Made by a program: the position numbers and the translations under genes | Origin: Lytechinus pictus | Lineage: Eukaryota | Length of the DNA: 64,000 nt | Assembly (NCBI RefSeq): GCF_037042905.1 | Contig: NC_087246.1 | Location: 2,792,001-2,856,000 of the forward strand | Direction of reading: 5' to 3' | Notes under the pieces: generated by a model | Seen by the model: only the letters and a program-made list of their open reading frames with translations | Database searches by the model: none | What the model was told of the DNA's origin: nothing | Part shown: piece by piece, positions 45,051-57,323 of the stretch | Position numbering within the stretch: the first letter of the stretch is position 1 | Layout: each line of letters starts with the position of its first letter

Positions 45051-46476
45051 TGAATCATTGTTCAAATAACTGTTAATTTTAATTGCCTTTTATTATCATC
45101 ATTCTGCAGAAAAATCTTTCAAAACACTCCCTTTATCTGTATTTCAAGTAGGCCTGAGTCAAAACGTTTAACCGACGTTCAATAAATATTTATTCAGTTC
45201 CACATTTTTACGCTTGAAGCAACAACTTATATTTTCTCCAAATGGGAGCCTCATTTTCTACAAGCTCTGCTCTTTATAGGCTCCTCAATTTTATGACATT
45301 TTGTAGTCATGTGTTGAATACTAATGTTAGATAGTTAATTTGATCTTGATACACGATGTTTATGAACATATTTGTTATTTTAAAAGTGGAATAAATAAAA
45401 TAGAAAATAAAAACAAATTTTGGTAAACTTTTAAACTGTTTAAGAAAAGTGACCAAAAATGACCAAACATTCCCTTAATTCATATCATACTGCTTTGAAA
45501 TGAATTATGAATGTATATAATTTCACCAATGAGTATTTCTAATTTGAATGGAAAATGAAGTGAACTATATTTCTGTCCAAAAAGACGGAATATTCGCATT
45601 TTCAAGGCAGGTCTAGATCTAACATCTACAATACACGAATTTGAGCACGTGGAAACATAAAAGTCATATGGTTTCACATCATTGTACTTTACATGTACAT
45701 TCTGTCATGAAAATGTTGATAAATTTAAATTAGTGTCAATATTATGTCCCTATTTTGTGGCAGTTAAGTTACCCAAATTAAGAAAAGTTTTCATGTGAGC
45801 AGCCATCTTGAAATCTGAGTTTTAACCTTTCAATGTCAAACTTTACTATGAAAAAATGAAATGATTCTTCTTTTTTCAGCATACAATATCTTTTAAAAAA
45901 TTCTTTCAAATGATGATTTTTTTCTTGCAATTTTGGACAGATAAAACTTTTTTTTTTTTTTTTTGTGAAAGAGGCCATATGGCTCTTTCACTGAAAAAAG
46001 TCTCCTTCCGATTTAAGATTTCATCTTAATGGGTTTTCCCCCATCCAATATTTCCGCAAAAATTCAAATGGAGGTAAAATATTTTTTTATATATATAAAG
46101 CACGAGTCACATTGATTATTTTTTAAACCGGTGTTTGACAGCTTTAATCTGATCGAACATCAATGCATCAAGTTTTAAAGGCAGGAAAATCAAGACAATT
46201 TTTTTTTTGCTCCATCTTGCACGCACTACGTACCACTGTGCTGATATGTGCAGAGGGGTTTTTAGGGTTGCACAAGCAGATGACAGAGCAAAGATCCTTT
46301 ATATTTTCCATGATCACAAAACAAAAGGGACCCATGTAGAATTCTTCCCTAAATATCTAAAACGATATTTGCAGATGACAACAAATACATTTGAAATAAA
46401 ATAACATGAAAGACATGAATGAGTCAAACCAAACGGTTCTCAGTCATCTAAACGTCACAGACACACACACATACTA

Positions 46477-47060
46477 CAGTGCCCCGTACCAACCAAAAAA
46501 TTACTTTTTTTCTTTCCAGGGATCTTTTTGGAGAAACTTAAAAATTTTCCAGGGCTACTTTTTCATTTTCCAGGGCTCTTTTTCCACTTTCCAGGGCTAC
46601 AATTTCTGGAGCTATTTCGCGGCTTTTTTGCGTTTGTGTGTGTGTGTGTGTGTGTGTATGTGTGGGTGTGTGTATGTGTGGGTGTGTGTGTGTGTGTGTG
46701 TGCCACATTTAAGGGATGCTGGTCAGCAGTGCAGGGCTGCTCTGCTGCAGTTTGGGATTTTGTAGCACAATTGGTGTGCGCGTAGGAAACAGCTCAAGAA
46801 TGTAATATAAGCGGTCACACGCAAATGCAAACAAGTACACATTTAAATGCAATATAATGTATAATGTATAATTTAAATGCAATCACGTTCGTATGCATGA
46901 AATGCTACATAAATATACAGTGTTGATGGGGGCGATTATGAGTTTTGCAGTCGCCCTCGTGTGAATGTTTTTAGCCCTTTTCCGGGGCTCTTTTTGGACT
47001 TTCCGGGGCGAATTCACCCGCCGCCCCTGTGTAATTTTTTGGTTGCTGGCCCGTACACTC
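46477..47060. mobile_element. MITE-like element containing a (TG)n microsatellite (46635-46701)
   Basis: Inverted CAACCAAAAAATTAC / GTAATTTTTTGGTTG near the ends; internal TTCC(A/G)GGG repeats. Confidence 0.55.
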
Positions 47061-48547
47061 ACTCTCCCAAAACGCTGGCCAACAAGTGCAATACTAGCGG
47101 AGAGCACATAACTTGCCGGAGATGTTGTTGAATCCATGAGCTCCAAATTGATGGGAATAAATATTGTATGGGCAATTCCACATTACTCACATTATACAAT
47201 TTATGCACCAATAGCATATTGTAAAGCGCCATATTTTGGTTACTGAGGAGATTGACAATCTCTCTTTTCTGTACAAAGTTTATGATTCCTTTAATACACC
47301 TTGGTATGTTTTTATAATTCAACAAATCTATCAAGATAAATTCATGTCTTTATTTACTGTAAAAGAGTGTCCTCATACTGGGAGAATAACAAGTAGTTGG
47401 TTTATAAATGATTTTTATAACTGACAAAGAGGTTCACAAAATGTAGATGCTCAGAATTTCTGAAACATATCATATATACATGTATTTGACAAATTTACCA
47501 AAATTAGCGTCACTCACGTTACATGTTACTCATGTTACATACATGTACATTTAATCATTGTCATGTTCCTGACATGAAAATTTGCTTGAAACTGTATATT
47601 TAGTTTTGTTAACTTCTCTTCTCCAGTGTGACTGCATAGCCCATTTAATATCAACATTCAACATCAACATTCAAGCAAAATTACCACATGTATACGGATG
47701 TCAGTTTTAATCATAGAACATCACAGGCGCGTAGCCAGAGGGGCGGTGGGGGCAGTCATAACCCCCCCCCCAAAAAAAAAAAGGGAAGAGAAAAAGGAGA
47801 AAAAAAGAGAAGGGAGAAAATTAAGAAGGGTGTAGATTTGTTTTTCCTTCTTATTTCTGTCAAAAGAATAAAAGCCTTAAAGAGATGTTCTACTCTCTTC
47901 ATACAAAATTTTGCTTCCGCGCGATTTGCTAATCGCCAAGCGAAAAACAATGAAATCCAGATGGCGACGTAAACAGAGTGACAAGTTTTCCCCGTCTTTT
48001 CATAACATTTTTCTTGTTTTTTGAATGAATTCTTTTTTAAAAATGAAATCAATAACGTAAAAATGTCGGAAATGAAGTTGTATCCCATAACTACATGGTT
48101 TAGGGCTAGATCTTTTAGAAGGAAAGTAGAAATCTAGGGGGCGAAAGTTTAAGGTTTTTTGGTGGTACAAGACTTGATCCTGTAAATCCTGTAAATTTGC
48201 AGGATTTTGTTGCAATTTTCCTGTACACGGCAGCAGTAATGCACCCATAGTTGATACCCACCCTTGAAGTTCTGTATTTGTTCAAGAAGCCACAGCGCTC
48301 ACTCACAAGCAACCACTATAAAGCCCATAATGATAATTCCCTGGTGAATCGGTCAAAAATTTCCCTCTGGACACAAAATTAGCGATTTAGAGCCAACATC
48401 GAGTTCCTTACACAAATAAATTATTGGCGGAAAAATGTAAATTTCTCTACACTTGTAACTTTGCAGTAAAATAGAATTACTTCAATTCGGCAGTTGGTAT
48501 AAGTGAAAATTTCTCTATCATATGAATACAGTCAAAGCACGTATTAA

Positions 48548-49136
48548 AGGAGAATGAAACCCTTGAAACCAGCTGAATCAATATCAAAGAGAAAAATCAA
48601 AGAAACATATTGTTGAAAGTTTGAGGAAGATTGAATGAATAATAAGAAAGTTATGAGCATTTGAATATTGAGATCACTAATGCCATGTAGTTCCTCCCAT
48701 TGGCAATGCGACCAAGATCTGTGATGTCACACACGTACAACTCCCTCATTACTTTAGTACTTATTTCACTTATATTCTCACTTTTTTAGAGTCTATCACA
48801 AGGTGAGGTTTTCTCTTTATATGAGAGGACAAGTACAGAGGTTTCACAACATTATATCATTGATGAATCGTTTGTCATATGATTAATGAGCAAAAAGAGA
48901 TGTTTTGGGGTATATTTTCAGTGTCCAAAAGGGGAGAGTTGTTCATCTTTGACATTATAGATCTTGGTCACATTGTCAATGGGAGGATCTCCATAGCATT
49001 AGTGATCTCGACATTCAAATGCTCATAACTCTTCTATTCCTACTCCTAGTCCTATTTTACTCAAACTTTTGTTGATCTTATTCTTTGATTTTTCTGCTTT
49101 CACAAAAGCTACTTGCTCCAAGAGTTTCATTCTCCT
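48548..49136. mobile_element. MITE with TTAA duplication (T2/Kolobok-like), copy 2
   Basis: Near-identical to 16082-16665, same orientation, intact TIRs and TTAA on both sides. Confidence 0.9.
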
Positions 49137-49432
49137 TTAAAGTCAAACCCTATCCAAAGATAACACAATTAGGTCCGGTCTCCCTCGCTGCCGATTTAAA
49201 AACATTGCATGCGCAAGGCCAAGGCAAGGGTCAAGCTCCGAAACCGACCCTCGGCCTCGGCTCAAGCATGCGCATGCGATGTTTTGAAATCGGCAGCGAA
49301 TTATTTGTGAGGAACTCGAGTCGATGTTGGCTCTAAAATTAAATTTTGAGGCTAACCGGAGGATGGATATGGACTGCACGAACAAGCTACAGTACATGTA
49401 ACGCCTGAGTGGTAGCGACCAACATGACCGAC

Positions 49433-49958
49433 TCTACCTGGAGCGAAGTTCGTGCAGGCTCCACTACACTTCACTCCCGCTACACTACACTCCTCCACCT
49501 ACCCGAACTTCGGGACGGTGAGCTCGATCGGATATTCCGAGTGACAAAGGTGGGATGGAAATGTTATTTATTGTAAAAATGTAAGAATAAAACATCGCAT
49601 GCGATCGCGATCGGTTCATGACCTGCGACCGATCGCGACCGCATACGATGTTTTGAAATCAGCCGTGAATAATTAGTGTGACTGTGAGAAAAAGATACTG
49701 GCCCAAAATCACCAATTTTGAGGATAACCGGAGGATGGACACGGAGTGAAATACGGATTACGGGTGAAGAGTAAAAAAAATTAAACTATTTTTCTTTCTC
49801 GTTATATTTTTTTTCTATAATTTTTACAATAAATAACATTTCCATCCCACCTTTGTCACTCGGAATATCCGATCGAGTTCACCGTCCCGAAGTTCGGGTA
49901 GGTGGAGTGTAGTGTAGCGGAGTGGAGTGGAGCCTGCATGAACTTCGCTCGAGGTAGA
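49433..49958. repeat. Inverted repeat in ERK intron 1 (arms 49433-49580 and 49820-49958)
   Basis: CCACCTACCCGAACTTCGGGACGGTGA.CTCGATCGGATATTCCGAGTGACAAAGGTGGGATGGAAATGTTATTTATTGTAAAAAT occurs in both orientations. Confidence 0.92.
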
Positions 49959-50105
49959 CCGACTCCGACTCCGCTCCGACTCCGAGTTCAGCAAGTTCGG
50001 CCCCACACTCACACACTCAGTCTCAGTCAGTGACACTGACTGACAATTCGAAAGTGACTGGGAAGTGGAACATGATATTATTAACTATTAACTAGATCTA
50101 CTTAC

Positions 50106-50242
50106 CAAACCATTCCATAAGCCCCTTCCCCAATGTAGCTTGGATTGATATAGCGGGGACCAACATCGAAGCACTGTCCCCTCACCATTTCGGGGCTCGA
50201 TTCGTTGGCCCACTTCAGTTTTGTTGAACATTGGTCGGCCAT
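50106..50242 (-). CDS. ERK: ERK exon 1, coding part ([45 protein letters not shown] + TG)
   Basis: EMVRGQ.FDVGPRY...[10 protein letters not shown] is the ERK1/2 N-terminus and Gly-rich loop; AAAATGG start context; donor gtaagt; phase 2 matches exon 2 across a 23,979-bp intron. Not in the ORF track. Confidence 0.96.
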
Positions 50243-50616
50243 TTTTAACTTCGTTTCCTGTAAAAAAATTTATGAGCTCGATCGCTCGCTCGGATCGATC
50301 TCTATATCTCGGCTCATCTGTTATGGGCAGCCAAAAGGGCTAAAATTAACAATCTCAAAAATGAAGAGCTCACTTGCAAAAGGGGTTAGGTCCATTTTTC
50401 ATCAAATTTGCTTTATTTTGTCTCAATGTATAGTCTTATAGATTTTTAGTAGCTCTATAAGATGATACAAAAAAAATTGAAAATCCAATTAAAAAGTTAT
50501 CTAAAATGGCAAAGAAAAATCACTTTTTTTTTCAAAAGGGTTTAGATCCATTTCAGTATGGTTGCAAAAGGGGTTAGGTCCACACAGATTTTTTTTTTTT
50601 TTAGAAGAATATTTAA

Positions 50617-51530
50617 GGACGTTCCACAGTTAAAGTGAAATTATTTTCACCAAACTTTGCACATAGATACTTTAGAACCTGGATATTCGAAATATGCAAA
50701 AATTAACATAGGTCCATGTGCTTGATTTTTGCTATAGAGCTTCAAAGTTCACCCAAATGAATGTTCTTAAGAATTGCGCATTCAAACGAATTTGGCATTT
50801 TCAGACCTCACAAGATCAGTACTATGAGTTTAAACCTCTATTACTCAGTCAAAATACATGAAAAAGTCATCAAATTTCGCAAGAGAGTTGAAAATTGTAT
50901 CGTTAGAATGGAGAATCTATTTATAGTCTTATTTGATTGCAAATTTTAAGTCTAACAGCACTGTCAGTTCTTAAAAATGGCGTAAAAGATAACAAAACCC
51001 CAATCTCAAAAATGTGAAATTTCAATAACAAACTACAAAAGTACAATAAATGCTGCACTTTATTCAAAATCCATGTCATTTTCACCAGAGGAAGGTATAC
51101 ATGAGAGGTGCAAACATTAAAAAATAGGGGTTCATGTGCTTGTTTTCAAACTATAAGCGTTTTTATTAGAGCAAAATGTGTTTTTTAAAACACCCAAAAA
51201 TGCGCCAAATGCTTTGTATCTATGTGAAGAAAAAATCAAAACCACTCTACCATTTATTAAAACTCGGGGTCATATTTGTGATTCTTGGCAGCACTGCAGA
51301 GTAAAGTATTTTAAAATTGTAGAGATATTTTTAAAAATGATTGATGGTATAATTCCAGTTTTTAGCTTCATAAAATAACGCATCGGATCTGCAGTTAGAG
51401 TGCAGATGATGAGAAAAATCAGCTCATACCCACAGCTAATTAATCACCTGTTCATCCATTATGACGTCAGCACGCAGAGTGTAAAATATGCGCAGATCAT
51501 AATGCGCACAAACATAACTGTGGAACGTCC
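50617..51530. mobile_element. Non-autonomous element with TTAA duplication (Kolobok-like)
   Basis: TTAA|GGACGTTCCACAGTTA...TAACTGTGGAACGTCC|TTAA, perfect 16-bp TIR. Confidence 0.88.
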
Positions 51531-51694
51531 TTAAAAAATATGAAGACGGGTAGATTGCGTTTATACCCAGTTTTATGTTCTGATGGTAGGGTATCATGAA
51601 AGTTTAGTTTCGCATAAGAATATTGCCATATGGGACAGGGAGAATTAAAAAAAATGATTTTCTTGGAGTGGACCTAACCCTTTTTGCAAACAAA

Positions 51695-51933
51695 CACAGC
51701 AAAGAATGTGGTGTTAACCGGTGTACATAGAGGACCACACCAGTTATTTTACTCCGGTGTTTAATTGATGGTGTTAGTTTAACACCTATAGGTGTTATTA
51801 CAACACCTTTGGTTGTTACATTTACACTCTTTGGTGTTATGTTCAATCTCTAGGGTGTAATTTTAACACCTCGGGGTGTGGTCCTCTATTAACACCAACT
51901 GGTGTCAGTTTTAACACCACAGTTTTTACAGTG
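51695..51933. mobile_element. Small CAC...GTG MITE (CMC/EnSpm-like) with a 2-bp AA duplication
   Basis: CACAGCAAAGAATGTGGTGTTAA / TTAACACCACAGTTTTTACAGTG; internal AACACC/GGTGTT repeats. Confidence 0.75.
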
Positions 51934-53487
51934 AACTACTAGTATTATGAAGGGCTCATTTGTCAAAAGGGGTTAGGTCCATTTTTCATAATTTTTTTGT
52001 TTTCTGTCTCAAAACCTCTAAATTTTTAGTCGTTCTGATGAAAACAAAGAAAATTTGAAATTCACATGAAAACGTGAATAAAAGTAGCAAAGAAAAATTA
52101 CCTTTTTAATAAAAATAGATTGGATTCATTTCAGTTTAATTGCAAAAGGGGTTAGGTCCACAATGATAATTTTAAAAAGAATATATATAAAAAAATTGAA
52201 GACAGGTAGATTTCCTTTATGCCCAATTTTATGTTCACATGTTAGGGTAGTACATCATGACAATTAAGTTTCTCATAAGAGTATTGCAGTAAGTGAGAAT
52301 AAAAAACATGGTTTTTCTCGGAATGGTAAAAAGTGTACCTAACCCCTTTTGCAACTAAACTCTTCAAATAATGAAACTCTCAGAAATAAAATGTAGTATC
52401 ATATTCATGTAGTCTTTAAGAAATAAATAAATGCAGTCTCTCAGAAAAAATTGCAGTTTCTTAGAAATAAATTAACTTCCTCAGAAATAAAAGCAGTATC
52501 TCAGAAATATAACATTCAGAAAAAAATACATTACATTTGACGAATAGTACATAAATCATATTTAACCAGAAATGGATATAATTGAGAAATAAAAGCCAAC
52601 TCAGAAATAAATCTTGTCAATCAAAGATAAAAGATATTAGAAGAATGAGACTCATTAAAAAAAAGTATTGTTAATAAAATAGCAGTATATTTTACAAATG
52701 AAATTCATCGTTCAAAATAGATAATCTCGCAAATAAAACAATTTTTAAAATAAGAAAATTACAGAAATAAAGATAACTACAGAAATAAAATCAAACACAT
52801 AAATAAAACAATTCTAGGAAATAAACACAATCACAGATTTGCATGCTTTTGCGGGAATATATGTTATCACAAAAATAATGTATTCTGAGAGAGTCTGAGA
52901 GACTGCATTTATTTCTGAAAGACTACATGTATTTTTGAGATATAACATTTATTTCTGAGAGTTTCTTTATTTTTGAGATAAAACATACAAATCTGTGATT
53001 GTGTTTATTTCCAAGAATTGTTTTAATTCCGCGTAAACTTATGATTCTGCGGTTGTCTTTATTTCTGTGGTTACTTTTATTTCTGTAGTAATCTTTATTT
53101 CTAGAGTTTTCTTGTTTTTTAATTGTTTTATTTGTGAGATTGTCTATTTCTGTATGATGACATTCATTTGTCAAATATACTGTACTTCCTCCGAAGTAAT
53201 GTATTTATTTCAGAATGTTATATTTCTGAGATACTACTTTTATTTCTGAGGAAGTTAATTTATTTCTAAGACACGGCAATTTTTTATGAGAGACTGCATT
53301 TATTTCTAAAAGACAACATGTATTTTTTATATACTACATTTATTTCTGAGAGTTTCTTCATTTTTTAGATTGTTAATTTTAGCCCTTTTAGCTGCCCATA
53401 AGTTTTAGCTCTAAAATGGTATAGTTCAGTCATAGAGATGTATATTAGTCATAGAGATGTATACTAATTATTAGTATACATCTCTAT

Positions 53488-53797
53488 GGCCCGTATTCTG
53501 AGGTCGGGTTTAAGTTAAACTCAGGTTTAAAGTTGTGGTTTAAGTATGGGAAGCCAAAAGTATCAAATTTGTTATTAAGTTGTATGTTTCTTATGTTTAA
53601 TGTGCTCTTTCCTGATTCATTGATGGTGAAGCCAATAATCTTTTTATACTTCCTAGACAATTATGAATGAATTCAGAGCCAATGAGCTGAAGTATGATAT
53701 CTCTACTGTTAGTGATTTGTGTAACAATTGGCTCGCCATACTTAAACCACAACTTTAAACCTGAGTTTAAGTTAAACCCGACTTCAGAATACGGGCC
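53488..53797. mobile_element. MITE with ~60-bp TIRs and a 3-bp TAT duplication
   Basis: GGCCCGTATTCTGA.GTCGGGTTTAA.TTAAACTCAGGTTTAAAGTTGTGGTTTAAGTATGG and its inverse; abuts a tiny palindrome CATAGAGATGTATACTAA.TATTAGTATACATCTCTATG. Confidence 0.88.
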
Positions 53798-54673
53798 TAT
53801 GAGTTCAGTTGCTAGCTAGCTACTCGAGCCAAACCATCTAGCGTAGAGGGCAGCAACACCTGCAGTATCCAATATGCTGTGTTGGAGTAACCGGCCTTAC
53901 CAACAGACCAAGGAGATATTAGCCACCTTTCGCAATCCTCACGGACGCTAATATTAGGGTCCCCTAACACAAAAGTTAATGCTTAATCATACACTTGATT
54001 TTCAAAATTGATTGTACATTATAGTCAATATAATCAAACGTAGAAAACTGCTCTACAATCAATGCTAAGCTTTGTGTTACAGGGGGGTTACAGGCCCTAC
54101 AGATCTGCTTTTCGTGTGCAAAATTCTTTCCCGCGACATCCGCACCATACATGCATGTACATTACGACTGATGGCTGGAGATATTTGAAATGCAGGACCT
54201 ACAATAGATTATGACGTGGATAAGAAAGTGGTTTTTCCCCGGGTTTTTCAAACAAATCGAGTACATATTGAGTAAGGAAAAAGTTACTGAATTAAGGCTT
54301 AGATATAGATCATTACAGTCCATCGAATCGATATTGCATTTAATGTGGATTATTGGTGGATCTCTGGCAATATTATTGATTCCATGGGTCAAATCACCTC
54401 TCCAGCCGAAACCATTTTGCATGCGTTGATTATGTACACAGCATACGTCTGAATACGTACAAGCCGGGGTTTTTTCTTTTGTTTACTCCTACACAAACGA
54501 TATGCCTCTAACACACAATGTAATGGGCATTATGTTTTACTTTCCCCAGAAATGGGGGATAATTAAGATTCGAATTCCCGGGGGGACCACTTCCATTGAT
54601 GAGTGGATACCAGGCACAGGCGCGGATCCATGGGGGGCCGAGGGGGCCTTGCCCCCCCCCCCCCCCTTCGGCT

Positions 54674-55053
54674 TAAAAAAAAAAGAAGAGAGGGAAAGAA
54701 AGAGAAAAAAGAGGGGAAGAGGGGAAAGAAAAGAAGAAAAAGAAGAAAGGAAGAGGGGGAAGAAGGGAAGAAAAAAGAGAGAGGAAAAGGGGGAAAGAAA
54801 AGAGGAAAGGAGAGGGGGAGAGGGAGAGGGGGAAAGGAAAAGGAGAAAAAAGAGAGGAAGAAGGATGAAAGAAGAGAAGAGAGAGAAAGGGGAAAAGAAG
54901 AGGGGAAAAGAGAGAGGAAGAGGGGGAAGGAAGAAGAGGAGAAAAAAGAGAGAGGAAAGGGGGAAAGAAAAGAAGAAAAAGGGAAGGAAGGGAGAGGAAA
55001 AGGGGAAAGAAAGAGAAGGAAAAAGAGAGGGAAAGGAAAATGAGAAAGAAAGA
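54674..55053. repeat. Polypurine (GA-rich) tract, preceded by a hAT-like end CAGGCGCGGATCC at about 54617
   Basis: Directly visible almost pure A/G sequence. Confidence 0.95.
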
Positions 55054-55054
55054 G

Positions 55055-56710
55055 ACCTACATGTAGGGGCGCCAAATTGATATTCGAACTAGGAGGGCGC
55101 CGAAATGATGTTGGACCTACATGTAGGGGCGCCGAATTGATATTCGATCTAGGAGGGCGCCAACATGATGTTCGAAGGGATGTTAAAATGATGTTCGAAC
55201 TGGGGGCGCCAAATTGATACTCGAACTAGGGGGGGGGGGCGAATCGATGTTCGAGCTAGGGGCGCCAAACTGATACTCAAACTAGGGGGGCGCCGAATCG
55301 ATGTTCGAGCTAGGGGGCGCCAAATTGATACTCGAGCTAGGGGGGCGAAATGATATTCGAACTAGGGAAGCCAAATTGAGTTCGAAGGGATGCAAAAATG
55401 ATGTTCGAACTGGGGGTCGAATTGATGTTTGAACGGGGGGGGGGGCGAATTGATGATCGACCTACATGTAGGGGCGCCGAATTGATACTCGAACTAGGGG
55501 GGCGCCGAATTGATGTTCCAACTGGGGGCGCCAAATTGATGTTCGACCTAGGGAGGCCAAATAGATGTTCGACGTAGGGGCACAAAATTTATGTTCGACA
55601 TCGGGGGGCGCCGATTGAATGTTCGAACTAGGGGGCGCCGAATTGCTATTCGAACTTGGGGCGCCAAATTGATGTTCGAACGAGGGGGGCGCCAAATTTA
55701 TGTTAGAACTAGGCGGCGCCAAACTGACGTTCGAACTCTGGGGTGCTGAATTGATGTTTGAACAAGGGGGCGAATTAATTTTCGAACTAGATGGGGGCGC
55801 CAAATTGATGTTCGAAGGGATGTTAAAATGATGTTCGAACTGGGGGCGCCAAATTGATACTCGAACTAGGGGGGGGGCGAATCGATGTTCGAGCTAGGGG
55901 CGCCAAACTGATACTCAAACTAGGGGGGCGCCGAATCGATGTTCGAGCTAGGGGGCGCCAAATTGATACTCGAGCTAGGGGGGCGAAATGATATTCGAAC
56001 TAGGGAAGCCAAATTGAGTTCGAAGGGATGCAAAAATGATGTTCGAACTGGGGGTCGAATTGATGTTTGAACGGGGGGGGGGCGAATTGATGATCGACCT
56101 ACATGTAGGGGCGCCGAATTGATACTCGAACTAGGGGGGCGCCGAATTGATGTTCCAACTGGGGGCGCCAAATTGATGTTCGACCTAGGGAGGCCAAATA
56201 GATGTTCGACGTAGGGGCACAAAATTTATGTTCGACATCGGGGGGCGCCGATTGAATGTTCGAACTAGGGGGCGCCGAATTGCTATTCGAACTTGGGGCG
56301 CCAAATTGATGTTCGAACGAGGGGGGCGCCAAATTTATGTTAGAACTAGGCGGCGCCAAACTGACGTTCGAACTCTGGGGTGCTGAATTGATGTTTGAAC
56401 AAGGGGGCGAATTAATTTTCGAACTAGATGGGGGCGCCAAATTGATGTTTGAACTGGGAGGGGCGCCAAATTGATGTTCGAACTGGGGGAGCGCCGAATC
56501 GATGTTCAAACTAGCGGGGCGCCAAATTGATGTTCGAACTAGAGGAGCGCTAATTTGATGTTTGACCATAAGGCGACAAATAGATGTTTCAGAAGGGGGA
56601 GGGCAAAGTGATATTTCAAATGGCACCAAATTCATGTTCAACCGAGGGCGCCAAATTGACCTTGAACTTAGGGGGCTCCATGCAAATTCATGTTCGACCG
56701 GGGGCGCAAC
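55055..56710. repeat. Minisatellite/satellite, ~28-31-bp monomer GGGGGCGCC(A/G)AATTGATGTTCGAACTA, with a ~638-bp higher-order duplication
   Basis: Monomers are visible throughout; the block starting at about 55157 recurs at about 55796 with the same order of variant monomers (ORF-track peptides repeat at a 637-nt offset). Confidence 0.95.
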
Positions 56711-57323
56711 ATTGCTCGTATTGCCTGCTTATAGTGAAATTTATTTCCTGCCAAAAAGGTTAAATTAATGCGGCTGATTTAAATTATCCCGTTTTTACGA
56801 TAATAGACAAAAATCAATGTGCTCGAGTTTGAAGTTTGTTTGGCGAGATAGGTATTCTGTTCAGGGCCAGAAAAGGGGTTAATATCAAATTCAGCTGGCG
56901 CTACGCGCTCGCAATATTTGATTAGTGAGGTGTGTATCCTCTCCATCGATCACACGTACATAAACGTACATAAACATATTAAACAATGCTAATTGCTCAT
57001 GTTCAGGGAGGAATTAATCGTTGTTTCACACGACAACGGAGAAAAATTGAATATTTCACATTTAATATACTAAAATACAAAAAGAAGTAGTGAGTGAGTG
57101 ATGTCATCAGTCTCCTCATTTGCATACCGACAAGGATGTGAATATAACTGGTTTGTGAAATATAGCGAAACTTAAAAATGTTGTAGACCTACCTATTATC
57201 TTTGTGTATTTCATATAAGATTCTCAAAATATTCCTTTTCAGGTGTCTCGATTGTCAAAAATGAAGGCCTATGAGCTAGCGCTGTGCGCTCGCATTTTGA
57301 TTGGTGAGTTCTGTATACCTATA

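Larger units (their letters stand above)
50363..52365. mobile_element. Two tandem units (50363-~51945 and 51949-52365) of a TIR element with AAAAGGGGTTAGGTCCA repeats; putative 4-bp AAAT duplication
   Basis: GAAG(A/G)GCTCA.TTG..AAAAGGGGTTAGGTCCA at both unit starts; inverted ACCTAACCC..TTTTGCAA at both unit ends. Confidence 0.7.
50322..53400. mobile_element. Fold-back element with CAGAAATAAA subrepeats, split by nested insertions at 50363-52365
   Basis: Ends TATGGGCAGCCAAAAGGGCTAAAATTAACAATCT / AGATTGTTAATTTTAGCCCTTTTAGCTGCCCATA; 52370-53350 is largely self-inverted. Confidence 0.8.

Noticed and set aside
46406..46785. Cys/Val-rich ORFs
   Set aside because: Derived from a (TG)n microsatellite inside a MITE-like element.
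54502..55080. Lys/Glu/Arg/Gly-rich ORFs and their antisense counterpart
   Set aside because: Artefact of the polypurine tract.
55055..56710. Possible CRISPR-like array or repetitive protein (APPSSNIN repeats)
   Set aside because: Monomers are contiguous with no unique spacers, no cas genes, eukaryotic context; G-run length variation shifts frames constantly.
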